This document shows, piece after piece, positions 33,965 through 42,812 of a stretch of DNA of 64,000 nt. The first letter of the stretch is position 1, and every line of letters begins with the position of its first letter. Under the pieces are notes generated by a model. It had not been told where the DNA came from and did not search any database. It was given only the letters and a program-made list of their open reading frames with translations. Made by a program: the position numbers and the translations under genes. Origin of the DNA: a virus; IMG/VR virus record IMGVR_UViG_3300048014_000015, positions 1-64,000 of that record, one strand, 5' to 3'.

Positions 33965-36076
33965 TTATTTACCTATGGAAGTTACTGTTCTAGGTAACAC
34001 CCCCCCAGTAGCCCAATTCTCTGCATGTCTTTCTACTGAAACCCTTATAGGTATATTAATACCTTTACTAGCAGACTCCATAATACTACGAATTTCGTTA
34101 GCCCTGGAATCAGTAAATTTATAATCGTTACCCACTATTGGAAAGTCAAACACGAGTTCATCATGTACAGTTAGTATCATCCAGGCATCGAATCCATTAG
34201 ATCGCCATTCTGTTAGTTTTTGGTCACAGAGTACCATAGCTTTATTTAACACTTGTGCGGCAGTAGAACTAACATGATAACATAAAGGAGTAGTCGGTTC
34301 AACCTTACCATAATACCCACGTTTAGCCTGAATAGGAAACCCACGTTCAGGATCAATTGTCGTATCGGGAATAGTTGAAACATAATTTTGTTTCTCAGCC
34401 AATCTTAGCAAGTCTTTAGATAGCTTGTCGATCCTGGGGAATCGACTAGCAATCTTGTGGTAACCCCCTGATACTCGATATGTCTGATCTACCTTCTTTT
34501 CTTGTGCTCCATACTGCCTTGCAAAACTTCCATTTTTTGTCCATTGATACCAACTATCTTCAAATAAGGTCTTAACGTCTTTACCATGTTTCTTAAATAG
34601 CTCTGGATGTAGTGTATCGAATATTAGTAAGTGATAGCTACCATAATACGGTGGTTCTTCGGGATTGTCGAATACCTTTGCCATCTCTACTTCATTAGCC
34701 TCATATGCTGGTATCGCCAGTTCAATACCCGTATAGTCACAGCTATACCATATCCGCCCCTCTCGTGGACCGAAACACTTCCTAAGATTGGTTTTCTTAT
34801 GTTTACTAACGTTAGCTTGGTTAGGATTATTATGTGAAAACCTTAAACCTATAGTACCAGTTGGATTCAGGTTAGGGTATAATGTAGCATACCTGGCACC
34901 AATATGGTCCAGGATTGGTTGTTCTTTATCTCGTATACAAAATCTTTCATATGCTCTTAAATAACCTAAAGCAGTATCATACTCACTCTTCTCATTTAGA
35001 ATCTTAATAAATTTCTGTTCTAATGAATGTTCTGGTAATGTTAACTCATACTCCTCTTTAACTTCAGTATCAAATACTGGATTACCTAGTGGGTCTTTAC
35101 TCTTACTTTCACTACGACGTAGAACAGGTAATCCCATTACCTCAAATACGAACTTATCGAGATTTTTGTTACGTCCACGTTTAGGTAATTCAAGTTTGTA
35201 GTTATACTCTTCAGCTATACCTATACAAATTTGTTCCAGGTCATTGGATTTCTCTGTAAACTCTTTCACCATTTCTAAATGAGTTTTGAGTTTATAGGTA
35301 ATACCATGATGTTCCATCCTATGTACTACTGGAAGTATCTTCAAACGTTCCCGATATATCCTATCTAACCTTCGTCGTAACACCTCTTCCCACATTACAC
35401 TTATTAACGGTATTAAACAGGAACTATCCACATCAGCATAAGTAGTTGCAGCTGTAAGCCAATTTTCATATCCATAACCTGCAGTCCACTTCTCACCTTC
35501 AAATCTGGCTATACACTCCGGTAACCATGTATCAGCCATCCATGCTTTACCTTCCTTATCACTATTACCCCTGGTAGAGGGTAATAATTGGTATCCCTCT
35601 CCGTCGGTCAAACCATCTGAAGCTAATTTCCAATCCTTCATATAGACCCTACTCCTACACAACCTCCTAGCAGTTTGTACGATAGTTTCCATCTTAGTTT
35701 CAAATGGTTTAATATCCCTATCTAAGTATTTTTTAACTACAGAAGTTAGGTCGTGATTTTCTTGAGAAGAAAGCATATGAGCCATAAATAGGGTATCTTC
35801 TACCTTATGCCATAAGTTCTCCAGGTTTATTCCAATAGCTCCGAGCATTTTTAAATCGAACTTTGCATTGTGGAACACCAACTTGTCTGCACTATCTAAT
35901 AGGTTTTGTATTTTACCTACATCACTTTTATCGACTAAAACTTTTCTGGTTTTTGGATCGACTTGCCATTGCCATGTACGCTGTACGTCCCTATCATCAC
36001 AAGTAGTAACTAGATACGGACGACAGCCGTGAAAAGTATCTAGTCCAGTCGATTCTACGTCTACTCCGAGAATCAT
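33965..36076 (-). CDS. family A DNA polymerase with 3'-5' exonuclease domain
   Basis: Exo I GVDVESTGLD, Exo II HNAKFDLKML. Pol motif A CDYTGIELAI, motif C LTVHDELVFD. Confidence 0.9.
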   Translation of the reverse strand: MILGVDVESTGLDTFHGCRPYLVTTCDDRDVQRTWQWQVDPKTRKVLVDKSDVGKIQNLLDSADKLVFHNAKFDLKMLGAIGINLENLWHKVEDTLFMAHMLSSQENHDLTSVVKKYLDRDIKPFETKMETIVQTARRLCRSRVYMKDWKLASDGLTDGEGYQLLPSTRGNSDKEGKAWMADTWLPECIARFEGEKWTAGYGYENWLTAATTYADVDSSCLIPLISVMWEEVLRRRLDRIYRERLKILPVVHRMEHHGITYKLKTHLEMVKEFTEKSNDLEQICIGIAEEYNYKLELPKRGRNKNLDKFVFEVMGLPVLRRSESKSKDPLGNPVFDTEVKEEYELTLPEHSLEQKFIKILNEKSEYDTALGYLRAYERFCIRDKEQPILDHIGARYATLYPNLNPTGTIGLRFSHNNPNQANVSKHKKTNLRKCFGPREGRIWYSCDYTGIELAIPAYEANEVEMAKVFDNPEEPPYYGSYHLLIFDTLHPELFKKHGKDVKTLFEDSWYQWTKNGSFARQYGAQEKKVDQTYRVSGGYHKIASRFPRIDKLSKDLLRLAEKQNYVSTIPDTTIDPERGFPIQAKRGYYGKVEPTTPLCYHVSSTAAQVLNKAMVLCDQKLTEWRSNGFDAWMILTVHDELVFDFPIVGNDYKFTDSRANEIRSIMESASKGINIPIRVSVERHAENWATGGVLPRTVTSIGK

Positions 36077-36242
36077 AGGAGGTGTCCAATGGATGAAAGG
36101 AAAAAGGAAGAGAACGAAAAGGTTAAGAAGGAAGATAAGAGAATCAAGGAAGAATTACTCTTAAAGTACCTACTTGACCCTTTTACTACCTTCGACGAAG
36201 CTAAGCAAATGACAGAACTACTCGATAAAATTAAAGTTGATC

Positions 36243-36536
36243 CTAAATCCCTGTACCCTTTTCGTAGAATCCAGCGGGTAGTTCCTTCCAAATCGGTTCT
36301 TCAGGTGGGAGTTTAGGTAGCGACTGCTCTAGGTTAAATCTATCCAGAGCAGTCTTAATATACTTCCAATGTCTCTCTTGCTGGTCTGGTGTAAATGAAA
36401 CACCATACCCATCTACTAAAATTGCTTCGGGTTGTGTGGATTCTGGTACAGACTGTATAGGTTCTAGTGTAGGTTGTATAGGTTCTGGTACAGGGTCAGA
36501 TTGATTGTTCACATCTTTCTTAGAATCTTCTGACAT
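36243..36536 (-). CDS. hypothetical protein
   Basis: 97-aa ORF with a Pro/Glu-rich N-terminus. Confidence 0.55.
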   Translation of the reverse strand: MSEDSKKDVNNQSDPVPEPIQPTLEPIQSVPESTQPEAILVDGYGVSFTPDQQERHWKYIKTALDRFNLEQSLPKLPPEEPIWKELPAGFYEKGTGI

Positions 36537-36554
36537 ATAATTAACCTATAAGTT

Positions 36555-36591
36555 AAAAGAAAAATGGGTAGAGATATTTATATCTCTACCC
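36555..36591 (-). terminator. rho-independent terminator (minus strand)
   Basis: 11-bp perfect stem gggtagagata/tatctctaccc with a 4-nt loop, followed in minus sense by ATTTTTCTTTT. Confidence 0.75.
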
Positions 36592-36770
36592 ACTTGTTAG
36601 TGCAATTGTTGGGGATTCCTGAACAACCCACTAACTGCTATGGTTTTTGGAAGCGACGGATTCCGGGTACTCATAGCTAATCCCATAGCACTAGGTTACG
36701 AGCAGAATAACCTTATTGGTCCGCTACCGACCACCACCTACGCGGCCATAGATGGACACCTAAATATCGA

Positions 36771-37943
36771 TTACTTCAAAAACTCATCAGATGAATATAC
36801 AACAAATTCTTCAGTCTTTTTAGCTAGATTCTGGATAGTTATTTTTCCTGTTTCATTATCAATTGAGATTACTTTACATTCCCGTTCTTTCAGCCTCTTT
36901 GAACTATCCTTCTTATCTGGTGGTGAGTAGGTATAAACCTGATCTAGTTGAATAACCCTTGCAGGTTTTTCAACAATTGTTGTAGTTTGCTTTTTACCAC
37001 CAGTTCTAACCCAGTTACCAACCTCTTCCCAAGAAGAACTCTCGTTAACTTCCTCATCAGTATAACCTAAAGCTTTCGCATATTCTGTTAACTTATCATG
37101 AGCTTCACTATCCATCTTCGTTGCACGAACAATTAACGAACCAATATCATCAGAATCGCTATAGGTTATATCACTATTAGATGGTGGGAGTGAACCCATT
37201 CTTTCGGTCCAAGGAGCAGTATCAGGTGGGGGGTTAACCATAAGCCCATTATTATTGATATAGGGAAGAGTAGAAGAACCATTAGTAAGAGTAGAATCAG
37301 GGGGACGAGTAGAGGTAGGGGGAGTAGGGAAAGAAGCAGGAACAGGAGCACCAGTAGGATTGGTAGGAGCAGTGGTAGCGGCAGAACTACGGATAGCAGA
37401 CTTTTCCATATATCCTGGAATAGCTGCGTACCAGTTTTCCCAAGGCCATACGGTAGCTGGTTCTCCAGTTTCCGGATCGATTTTAGGTGGTCCCTGTGGT
37501 TTCTTAGGCGAAGTAGAAAATTTAAAGTAGATAGGTTTATTCTTTGTTGCTTGATTTAGAAAATCAACAACCTTGAAGAAATTCACATTCCTGCCATCAC
37601 CTAGAATACTCTTACCACCCAAGCCAACTAAAATAGCCTGAATACGAGCTACAGATTCCTCAATGTTATCAACAGAATAGGGAATCCACTGCCGAGTAAA
37701 AGAACCCTTGATATACTGACCATTCCACATATCTGGATATTCAATTTCAGCAACAGCACGAAACGACTCCCTGTTCTGTTCGTCCATATCAAAATATGCT
37801 TCAATGAATTTAGCTATCCCATTTTTGATATTATCTGGGAGTGGTCCACCGCCTGTGCGAATAGGATCATGGAGATGTTTTACAACAACCTCTTTAACCG
37901 CCGTTGATTCTAGAAATCGACTGGTTGTGATTCGTTCGGCCAT
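36771..37943 (-). CDS. hypothetical protein (replication-module, 390 aa, central Pro/Thr linker)
   Basis: Long ORF served by the dyad promoter at 38038-38066. No motif recognised. Confidence 0.65.
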   Translation of the reverse strand: MAERITTSRFLESTAVKEVVVKHLHDPIRTGGGPLPDNIKNGIAKFIEAYFDMDEQNRESFRAVAEIEYPDMWNGQYIKGSFTRQWIPYSVDNIEESVARIQAILVGLGGKSILGDGRNVNFFKVVDFLNQATKNKPIYFKFSTSPKKPQGPPKIDPETGEPATVWPWENWYAAIPGYMEKSAIRSSAATTAPTNPTGAPVPASFPTPPTSTRPPDSTLTNGSSTLPYINNNGLMVNPPPDTAPWTERMGSLPPSNSDITYSDSDDIGSLIVRATKMDSEAHDKLTEYAKALGYTDEEVNESSSWEEVGNWVRTGGKKQTTTIVEKPARVIQLDQVYTYSPPDKKDSSKRLKERECKVISIDNETGKITIQNLAKKTEEFVVYSSDEFLK

Positions 37944-37976
37944 TTGGACATTCCTTAAGGGTTATAGGTTAGAACA

Positions 37977-38004
37977 CTGACTACTGACTACTGACTACTG
38001 ACTA
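37977..38004. repeat. 4 x 7-bp perfect tandem repeat (ctgacta)
   Basis: Lies in the leader between the promoter at 38038-38066 and the ATG at 37943. Confidence 0.9.
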
Positions 38005-38037
38005 CCACTAGCTGCTAATACCATTCAACTAATTAAT

Positions 38038-38066
38038 AGTATACCACGACAGCTACTATCTGTCAA
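38038..38066 (-). promoter_or_regulatory. sigma70-like promoter with dyad (TTGACAG-N7-CTGTC), -10 TATACT
   Basis: Minus sense reads TTGACA-gatagtagctgtcgtgg-TATACT. Confidence 0.65.
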
Positions 38067-38076
38067 TACCGTCAAG

Positions 38077-38205
38077 TTATCGTCGTGATTTTAGATATGT
38101 CCCTCCTACAAAGGTATAGACTAAAGCAGTACTTACACCAGATAGAAATATGATTACCAACATAACTAACAAACTACCAGAACTAAAATCTACAGTATGT
38201 TCCAT
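38077..38205 (-). CDS. possible 42-aa membrane peptide
   Basis: MEHTVDFSSGSLLVMLVIIFLSGVSTALVYTFVGGTYLKSRR. Preceded by a duplicated AAAAGGAACCACA. Below the track cut-off. Confidence 0.3.
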   Translation of the reverse strand: MEHTVDFSSGSLLVMLVIIFLSGVSTALVYTFVGGTYLKSRR

Positions 38206-38251
38206 TTGTGGTTCCTTTTGTGGTTCCTTTTATAGTTCCCTTGGGATTACG

Positions 38252-38377
38252 TTAGGTTAATTTTTTAGGATATAGAAAGGCTGATTGTCCTTTATAAACA
38301 ATTCGTAGTACACCTATTCTAATAAGTAGGTCAGTTCTAAGATATCCATACTGTTCAATATATCGATTTAATCTCAT
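38252..38377 (-). CDS. possible 41-aa ORF
   Basis: ATG lies 1 nt after the stop of the ATPase gene. No other support. Confidence 0.2.
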   Translation of the reverse strand: MRLNRYIEQYGYLRTDLLIRIGVLRIVYKGQSAFLYPKKLT

Positions 38378-38378
38378 A

Positions 38379-39410
38379 TTACATCTCCCCCTTAATAACC
38401 TTTAAGATTTTCTCGTAGGTAGGATCTACGATGAAATCAGGTAGTGGTGTTGTGATGTTAATCGACCTACGAAACTTAGTTCGATAGATAGGATCGGGAC
38501 CAACTCTCAATACATATTCAGTACCTACTTTAACTTTGGTAGGTATAGATATATCTCCCATCATTTGTTGTTGTGTTTCTGTCTTATCTCGAATAACCGT
38601 TTGACCCATATAGGATACCTCAGCATTTAAAAAATCTGATACAGATTTACCTATAGCACTAGAAATATTGGGTTTCAGGAATTCACTCATAGCAGGGGAA
38701 GTACCCTCATCGTGGGTTAGATTCACCTCATGGGAGTTAATTACTATAGATAATTCATTAGACCTAGGAATATCTAAAATAGCTTGTAGCATCTTCATTA
38801 AATCATGAGAACATTGTATCCAAACATCCTTCCACTCTTTACTAGCATATAAGAACGGTTTACTAGCTGGAACCTCTTTTCCTTGTGCGGCAAATAGCTC
38901 TACAATACGGTTTTTACGAAGTTTCGTAGCTGTGTCCAATACTATTGTCCTATATCTTTCTCCAGTAAATGAGCCCATACCCAAGAACTTTAATTGTTCT
39001 TTGAAACTGTTACCCTTGTCTTGAGAATTAACCACTTTACTGAACCCCCACTGTGACCGACCACTAACAGCATGCTCCAAACACCTGTAATAGTCACTAG
39101 CAGTCTCAATATTAGCTACATCTATTCCCGGAACACCAACGATACTATCAGTTCCCACTTCAGTAGCAATTAACAAAAGTGGTTTAGGAAAGGTACAAGC
39201 GATTCTAGTCTTACCTGTTCCTGGATCACCGTACCAGCTACATTTTAACCTATTGTAGTTAGTAGACTCTACTGGTTTTATAAGTGAACCTATGTTATGG
39301 GTTCCGTTTGAGTTCGTCTGTATTTGTGGAAATGTTGGGTTTATCTGTGTGGTACGGGATGGCATCTGATGTTTCCTGTTCTGGGGTGTAAATAGGTTGG
39401 AAAGACTCAC
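38379..39410 (-). CDS. Sak4-like / AAA_24 RecA-fold ATPase
   Basis: Walker A WYGDPGTGKT and Walker B IVLDTATKL. Start is uncertain: GTG at 39410 or ATG at 39365. Confidence 0.8.
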   Translation of the reverse strand: MSLSNLFTPQNRKHQMPSRTTQINPTFPQIQTNSNGTHNIGSLIKPVESTNYNRLKCSWYGDPGTGKTRIACTFPKPLLLIATEVGTDSIVGVPGIDVANIETASDYYRCLEHAVSGRSQWGFSKVVNSQDKGNSFKEQLKFLGMGSFTGERYRTIVLDTATKLRKNRIVELFAAQGKEVPASKPFLYASKEWKDVWIQCSHDLMKMLQAILDIPRSNELSIVINSHEVNLTHDEGTSPAMSEFLKPNISSAIGKSVSDFLNAEVSYMGQTVIRDKTETQQQMMGDISIPTKVKVGTEYVLRVGPDPIYRTKFRRSINITTPLPDFIVDPTYEKILKVIKGEM

Positions 39411-39498
39411 ATTCTAAACAATAACGGTTAATTACGGTAGTTGACTGCTTACAATAGACACAATAACTAGCAACTACCTTGTTAGGTTTATTATTCAT
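39295..39498 (-). CDS. small zinc-ribbon protein
   Basis: CVYC...x10...CLEC. Its tail overlaps the ATPase ORF by 116 nt. Confidence 0.5.
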   Translation of the reverse strand: MNNKPNKVVASYCVYCKQSTTVINRYCLECESFQPIYTPEQETSDAIPYHTDKPNISTNTDELKRNP

Positions 39499-39529
39499 AT
39501 ATTAGTTATTTTCCTAATGTACTTTATCA

Positions 39530-40702
39530 TTACTTCCTTGTAACTAAATTACTGGTATTGGTTTTCAATTCTGTAAACATTTCTGTACATTCCTCTAAAT
39601 TTGCTGTACTCCCAGTAAGAATATAATCGTCATATTCTGATCCATAATCATTTGTTATAGATGGTATACCAAAGGGAGTAGTATACTGAATATTGTCCAG
39701 GAGAGTCGTAAGAATATTACTAGTCCATGACGCAGATGATCCAGGACTTCTAATTAGTTGCTCCTTATAATTGATAACAGTCTGGCAATCCCACCATATA
39801 CATAATCTCTCCAAAGTTGGGATTAGGGTTTCTTTTTCAAAAACTTCTATATCTTCTTCACTTTTCTCTGTTTCCCACCTAAAGAAATACGTCTCTGGTT
39901 CGTCCTGTATATATTTCGCTAACCTATTATAATACTGATCGATAGACTCATTTTTTGTCTGTCTGATACTCCCCTTACCACCAGATAATGGTCTTCTAAT
40001 TACGTTATAACGAATGCCTTTTACTTTATTACCATAAGTATGTCTCAGTGCAATCAGGTATATCATTGTCTGTAAGTCATACTTTAATTGTCTCTCAATT
40101 TTACTAACATCTACCTCGCCTTTAGTTTTTGTATCTCCTAGCCATATTTCGGAGTTGTCGTCATCTATCCAATCCATTTTTCCACGTAGATATACCGTCC
40201 TACCACTAGGTAGTTCATACGGAACACAAAATACATGTTCCTTAGCTATTGGCCTATTACCAAACTTCATGGAATGGTAGTTCTTTTCCCAATAGCTTAT
40301 ATAAACTGGAAACTGACATAGACATACACTATACCATTTATAAATCTCTTCTTGAGAGAAAGGATATAACCTACAGAGTTGTTCGGCATATTCCTTTAGT
40401 GCATAGGACCAACCTAAATTACTTCCAACCCCAATATTCGATGAGCTATATAACTCATCACATAGGTGAAACATATTTCCATATTCTAGTTTATGGTTAA
40501 ACGTACTCCTAGGTTTTAGCTTATCAATAATAAATACTTTGAACCGTTTTGGACATGCTAGGAATTTACCTAACAGACTTTGTGTTACTCCACCATTGGG
40601 AGAATTTACCTCTGGACCATCCCAGATAGGTTTAGTATTAACGTTCACGTTAGATAGTGGGTGAACGTATGGAACGGCATTATTCGGATTGGTATTATTC
40701 AT
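39530..40702 (-). CDS. PD-(D/E)XK nuclease (RecB/Cas4-like exonuclease)
   Basis: GKMDWIDD, LGDTKTK (D-x-K) and QLKYDLQTMIY (QxxxY) motifs in the canonical order. Confidence 0.75.
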   Translation of the reverse strand: MNNTNPNNAVPYVHPLSNVNVNTKPIWDGPEVNSPNGGVTQSLLGKFLACPKRFKVFIIDKLKPRSTFNHKLEYGNMFHLCDELYSSSNIGVGSNLGWSYALKEYAEQLCRLYPFSQEEIYKWYSVCLCQFPVYISYWEKNYHSMKFGNRPIAKEHVFCVPYELPSGRTVYLRGKMDWIDDDNSEIWLGDTKTKGEVDVSKIERQLKYDLQTMIYLIALRHTYGNKVKGIRYNVIRRPLSGGKGSIRQTKNESIDQYYNRLAKYIQDEPETYFFRWETEKSEEDIEVFEKETLIPTLERLCIWWDCQTVINYKEQLIRSPGSSASWTSNILTTLLDNIQYTTPFGIPSITNDYGSEYDDYILTGSTANLEECTEMFTELKTNTSNLVTRK

Positions 40703-40752
40703 GTTTTTGTATTAAGTTTAGGGGTTAGGGGGCTAAGTAGTTGGTCAAATCA

Positions 40753-40929
40753 TTACAATAATAAATTCGATACTGCTTGACTAGTGTAAGTTACTTTATA
40801 CTCAGGCCATAGCATTACCATATGATCGTAGTTTTTCTTAGCCTTCTTTTCATTATCTTTTAATTCTGGTGGGAATTCCTGTTCGTATATTAACTTATCC
40901 TCATCCCACACTCTAACGACGTAGTACAT
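40753..40929 (-). CDS. small hypothetical protein (58 aa)
   Basis: MYYVVRVWDEDKLIYEQEFPPELKDNEKKAKKNYDHMVMLWPEYKV... fills an otherwise empty 250-bp gap. Below the track cut-off. Confidence 0.4.
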   Translation of the reverse strand: MYYVVRVWDEDKLIYEQEFPPELKDNEKKAKKNYDHMVMLWPEYKVTYTSQAVSNLLL

Positions 40930-40953
40930 TAGTCTATATCTCCCCTGGAGGTT

Positions 40954-41235
40954 TTAGGTTGTATCTTTATTCTTTTTCCTATAACGATTATTGTGGACTT
41001 CGGGACACGGATCAGTTGTTCCATGTACCTTTATTACAATATAACCATCACATACGGTTACAGAAATCAGGTAACCATGTCTTTTAGCTGCCTTTCTACT
41101 ATACTGAGCGAAAGTATGGTCTAGACCGTTATAGTCTTTATTCCTAAATAACTTTACTTCCCTGTTTTTAAACCAACTGAACCAGTTGTATCTCCTACCC
41201 TTTTTTAGATTACAATTATTAACCACTTTACACAC
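40954..41235 (-). CDS. hypothetical protein
   Basis: 93-aa ORF with a GTG start directly after the MazG stop. Confidence 0.5.
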   Translation of the reverse strand: MCKVVNNCNLKKGRRYNWFSWFKNREVKLFRNKDYNGLDHTFAQYSRKAAKRHGYLISVTVCDGYIVIKVHGTTDPCPEVHNNRYRKKNKDTT

Positions 41236-41237
41236 CT

Positions 41238-41657
41238 CTAGTATTTTTTACCGTGCATGTACTCCCTACTCTTGTTGTACTCCATTTTAGCTAATGTAAT
41301 ACTGGCTAAATTAATGTCATACCCACCACAGAAATCTAGTAAGCGGATGAATAAGTCCGCACATTCTTCTTCCATCGAAGTAATCGGTCTGGGTGATTTG
41401 GTAGAAGTAGAATCAAAAATCCTTATTGGTAGTAACTCCTGTTTATTTGGTTCTCCTTGTAGAAATTTCTTTTCACAAGGTGGATTACCTTTCCTATGTG
41501 CTTCTAACAACTCAGATAATTCCGAATGCATCAGAGCAACCTTACATGGTACACTAGCTACTTCAAAGTTTTTCCAGAATCCGTTTTTTGCAGCTGTTTC
41601 GTGACATTCCTTAATTAGTTTTTCCATAATTTCTAAAAACATGGCAGATTCAAACAT
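41238..41657 (-). CDS. MazG-like nucleoside triphosphate pyrophosphohydrolase
   Basis: Paired acidic helices: MHSELSELLEA and EEECADLFIRLLDF. Confidence 0.8.
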   Translation of the reverse strand: MFESAMFLEIMEKLIKECHETAAKNGFWKNFEVASVPCKVALMHSELSELLEAHRKGNPPCEKKFLQGEPNKQELLPIRIFDSTSTKSPRPITSMEEECADLFIRLLDFCGGYDINLASITLAKMEYNKSREYMHGKKY

Positions 41658-41685
41658 CTGGTCTCTACCTTTTGTGTTAGGTTAA

Positions 41686-41713
41686 TTGACAACGACACGA
41701 CCATACCTATATC
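41686..41713 (+). promoter_or_regulatory. sigma70-like promoter for the plus-strand block
   Basis: TTGACA 41686-41691, 16-nt spacer, TATATC 41708-41713. Confidence 0.45.
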
Positions 41714-41734
41714 ATGACATGTAGCAACTGTCAA
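41706..41734 (-). promoter_or_regulatory. sigma70-like promoter for the minus-strand replication operon
   Basis: Minus sense reads TTGACA-gttgctacatgtcatga-TATAGG. Its -10 overlaps the -10 of the plus-strand promoter. Confidence 0.45.
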
Positions 41735-41761
41735 TAGTAACAAAGGAATAAGGACAAAACC

Positions 41762-42040
41762 ATGAGAATATACAAAACTTTAATAGATTATGGGGATAAA
41801 GCTAAGAAAACTAAATTTCATTTTATTATTTCTAACTTGTCTGGGGAATTGATGTATAGCTATGATATAGGGTCTTATTTTTACGATAAAGAGATATTTA
41901 CCTATTGGAAACCTATTGCAGACTTAATTTTTGATAGGTGGATGATAGAAAAAGTTACAGGTGTACCAGTACCTTACGGATATGATAGGTTAAAAGAATT
42001 GATATATGGTTCATCAGATACAGAAGATATAATTATTTAA
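41762..42040 (+). CDS. hypothetical protein
   Basis: 92-aa ORF with an AAGGA RBS. Confidence 0.55.
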   Translation: MRIYKTLIDYGDKAKKTKFHFIISNLSGELMYSYDIGSYFYDKEIFTYWKPIADLIFDRWMIEKVTGVPVPYGYDRLKELIYGSSDTEDIII

Positions 42041-42059
42041 TACTGCTATCTAATACCTG

Positions 42060-42189
42060 TATTGGTATTAAGTATTGGTATTAAGTATTGGTATTAAGTA
42101 TTGGTATTAAGTATTGGTATTAAGTATTGGTATTAAGTATTGGTATTAAGTATTGGTATTAAGTATTGGTATTAAGTATTGGTATTAAG
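42060..42189. repeat. 10 x 13-bp perfect tandem repeat (tattggtattaag)
   Basis: Counted directly: ten identical head-to-tail units with no spacers. Each unit is itself tatt-gg/tatt-aag. Confidence 0.95.
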
Positions 42190-42340
42190 GAGAATCTTTT
42201 CCCACCCAACCGCCCTATATTATATATATAGGTATAGAGGTATAGTAGATACTTAACATAAGACATATACTAAACTACCAGTCAATAGTAGTTTTCGGCC
42301 GACCATCCCCCATTGCGAAAAACACATACCACTACAGAAA

Positions 42341-42410
42341 ACACACCTATCCCCAGGAATACACACCTATCCCCAGGAATACATACCTATACCAGGAATA
42401 CATACCTATG
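42341..42410. repeat. ~3.5 copies of a 20-bp tandem repeat (acacacctatccccaggaat) running into the HNH start codon
   Basis: Two perfect copies (42341-42360, 42361-42380), one degenerate 19-nt copy, and a partial copy containing the ATG at 42408. Confidence 0.85.
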
Positions 42411-42812
42411 ATAGAATTCTATACCCAACTCAAAAAACTAGGACATAATACCTATTATGAATATCTCCAGTCCGATCACTGGAAGGAGTTCCGTAAAAAG
42501 TATTATAGGTCAAGAAAACGCAAATCATGTACACTATGTAAATCACGGAATGACATACACCTACACCATATAACCTACAATAGATTAGGGAGGGAACAGT
42601 TGAACGATGTTATACCTCTATGTGGGGAATGCCATGAACTAATACACGAACATTTGACTAATAAGTACCAAAGCAAGGTAGAACATACTAATTCCGTAAT
42701 CGCTCTCCTTAGAGCAGAACAACCCATTAGGGGTATACCGCTACATAGGTCCACCAATCGCCGTGGAAGAAGAGCTAGGGCCATAGGAATCGATCCTACT
42801 GAAGACCAATGA
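42408..42812 (+). CDS. HNH endonuclease
   Basis: CTLCKS...IHLHHITYNRLGREQLNDVIPLCGECHELIH (Cys4 + H-N-H). Confidence 0.8.
   Translation: MIEFYTQLKKLGHNTYYEYLQSDHWKEFRKKYYRSRKRKSCTLCKSRNDIHLHHITYNRLGREQLNDVIPLCGECHELIHEHLTNKYQSKVEHTNSVIALLRAEQPIRGIPLHRSTNRRGRRARAIGIDPTEDQ

Noticed and set aside
36073-36316. Plus-strand ORF 36089..36316, preceded by a strong AGGAGGTG, and its antisense partner 36073..36291.
   Set aside because: The minus-strand ORF translates to Ser/Leu junk. The plus-strand ORF is Lys/Glu-rich low complexity, sits alone against the transcription direction, and overlaps 36243..36536. It was left uncalled, but it could be checked by Ribo-seq.
36592-36770. A tRNA or tmRNA-like gene in the GC-richer spacer (the sequence ends ...CGCTTCCA).
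   Set aside because: I could not build an acceptor stem or a T arm on either strand.
36640-36930. Plus-strand ORF overlapping the end of 36771..37943.
   Set aside because: It is antisense to a well-supported gene and has no start context. The region is better explained as a 3' UTR.
42060-42189. Possible CRISPR array (regular short repeats).
   Set aside because: The units are 13 bp and directly abutting with no spacers, and no cas genes are nearby. It is a simple tandem repeat.
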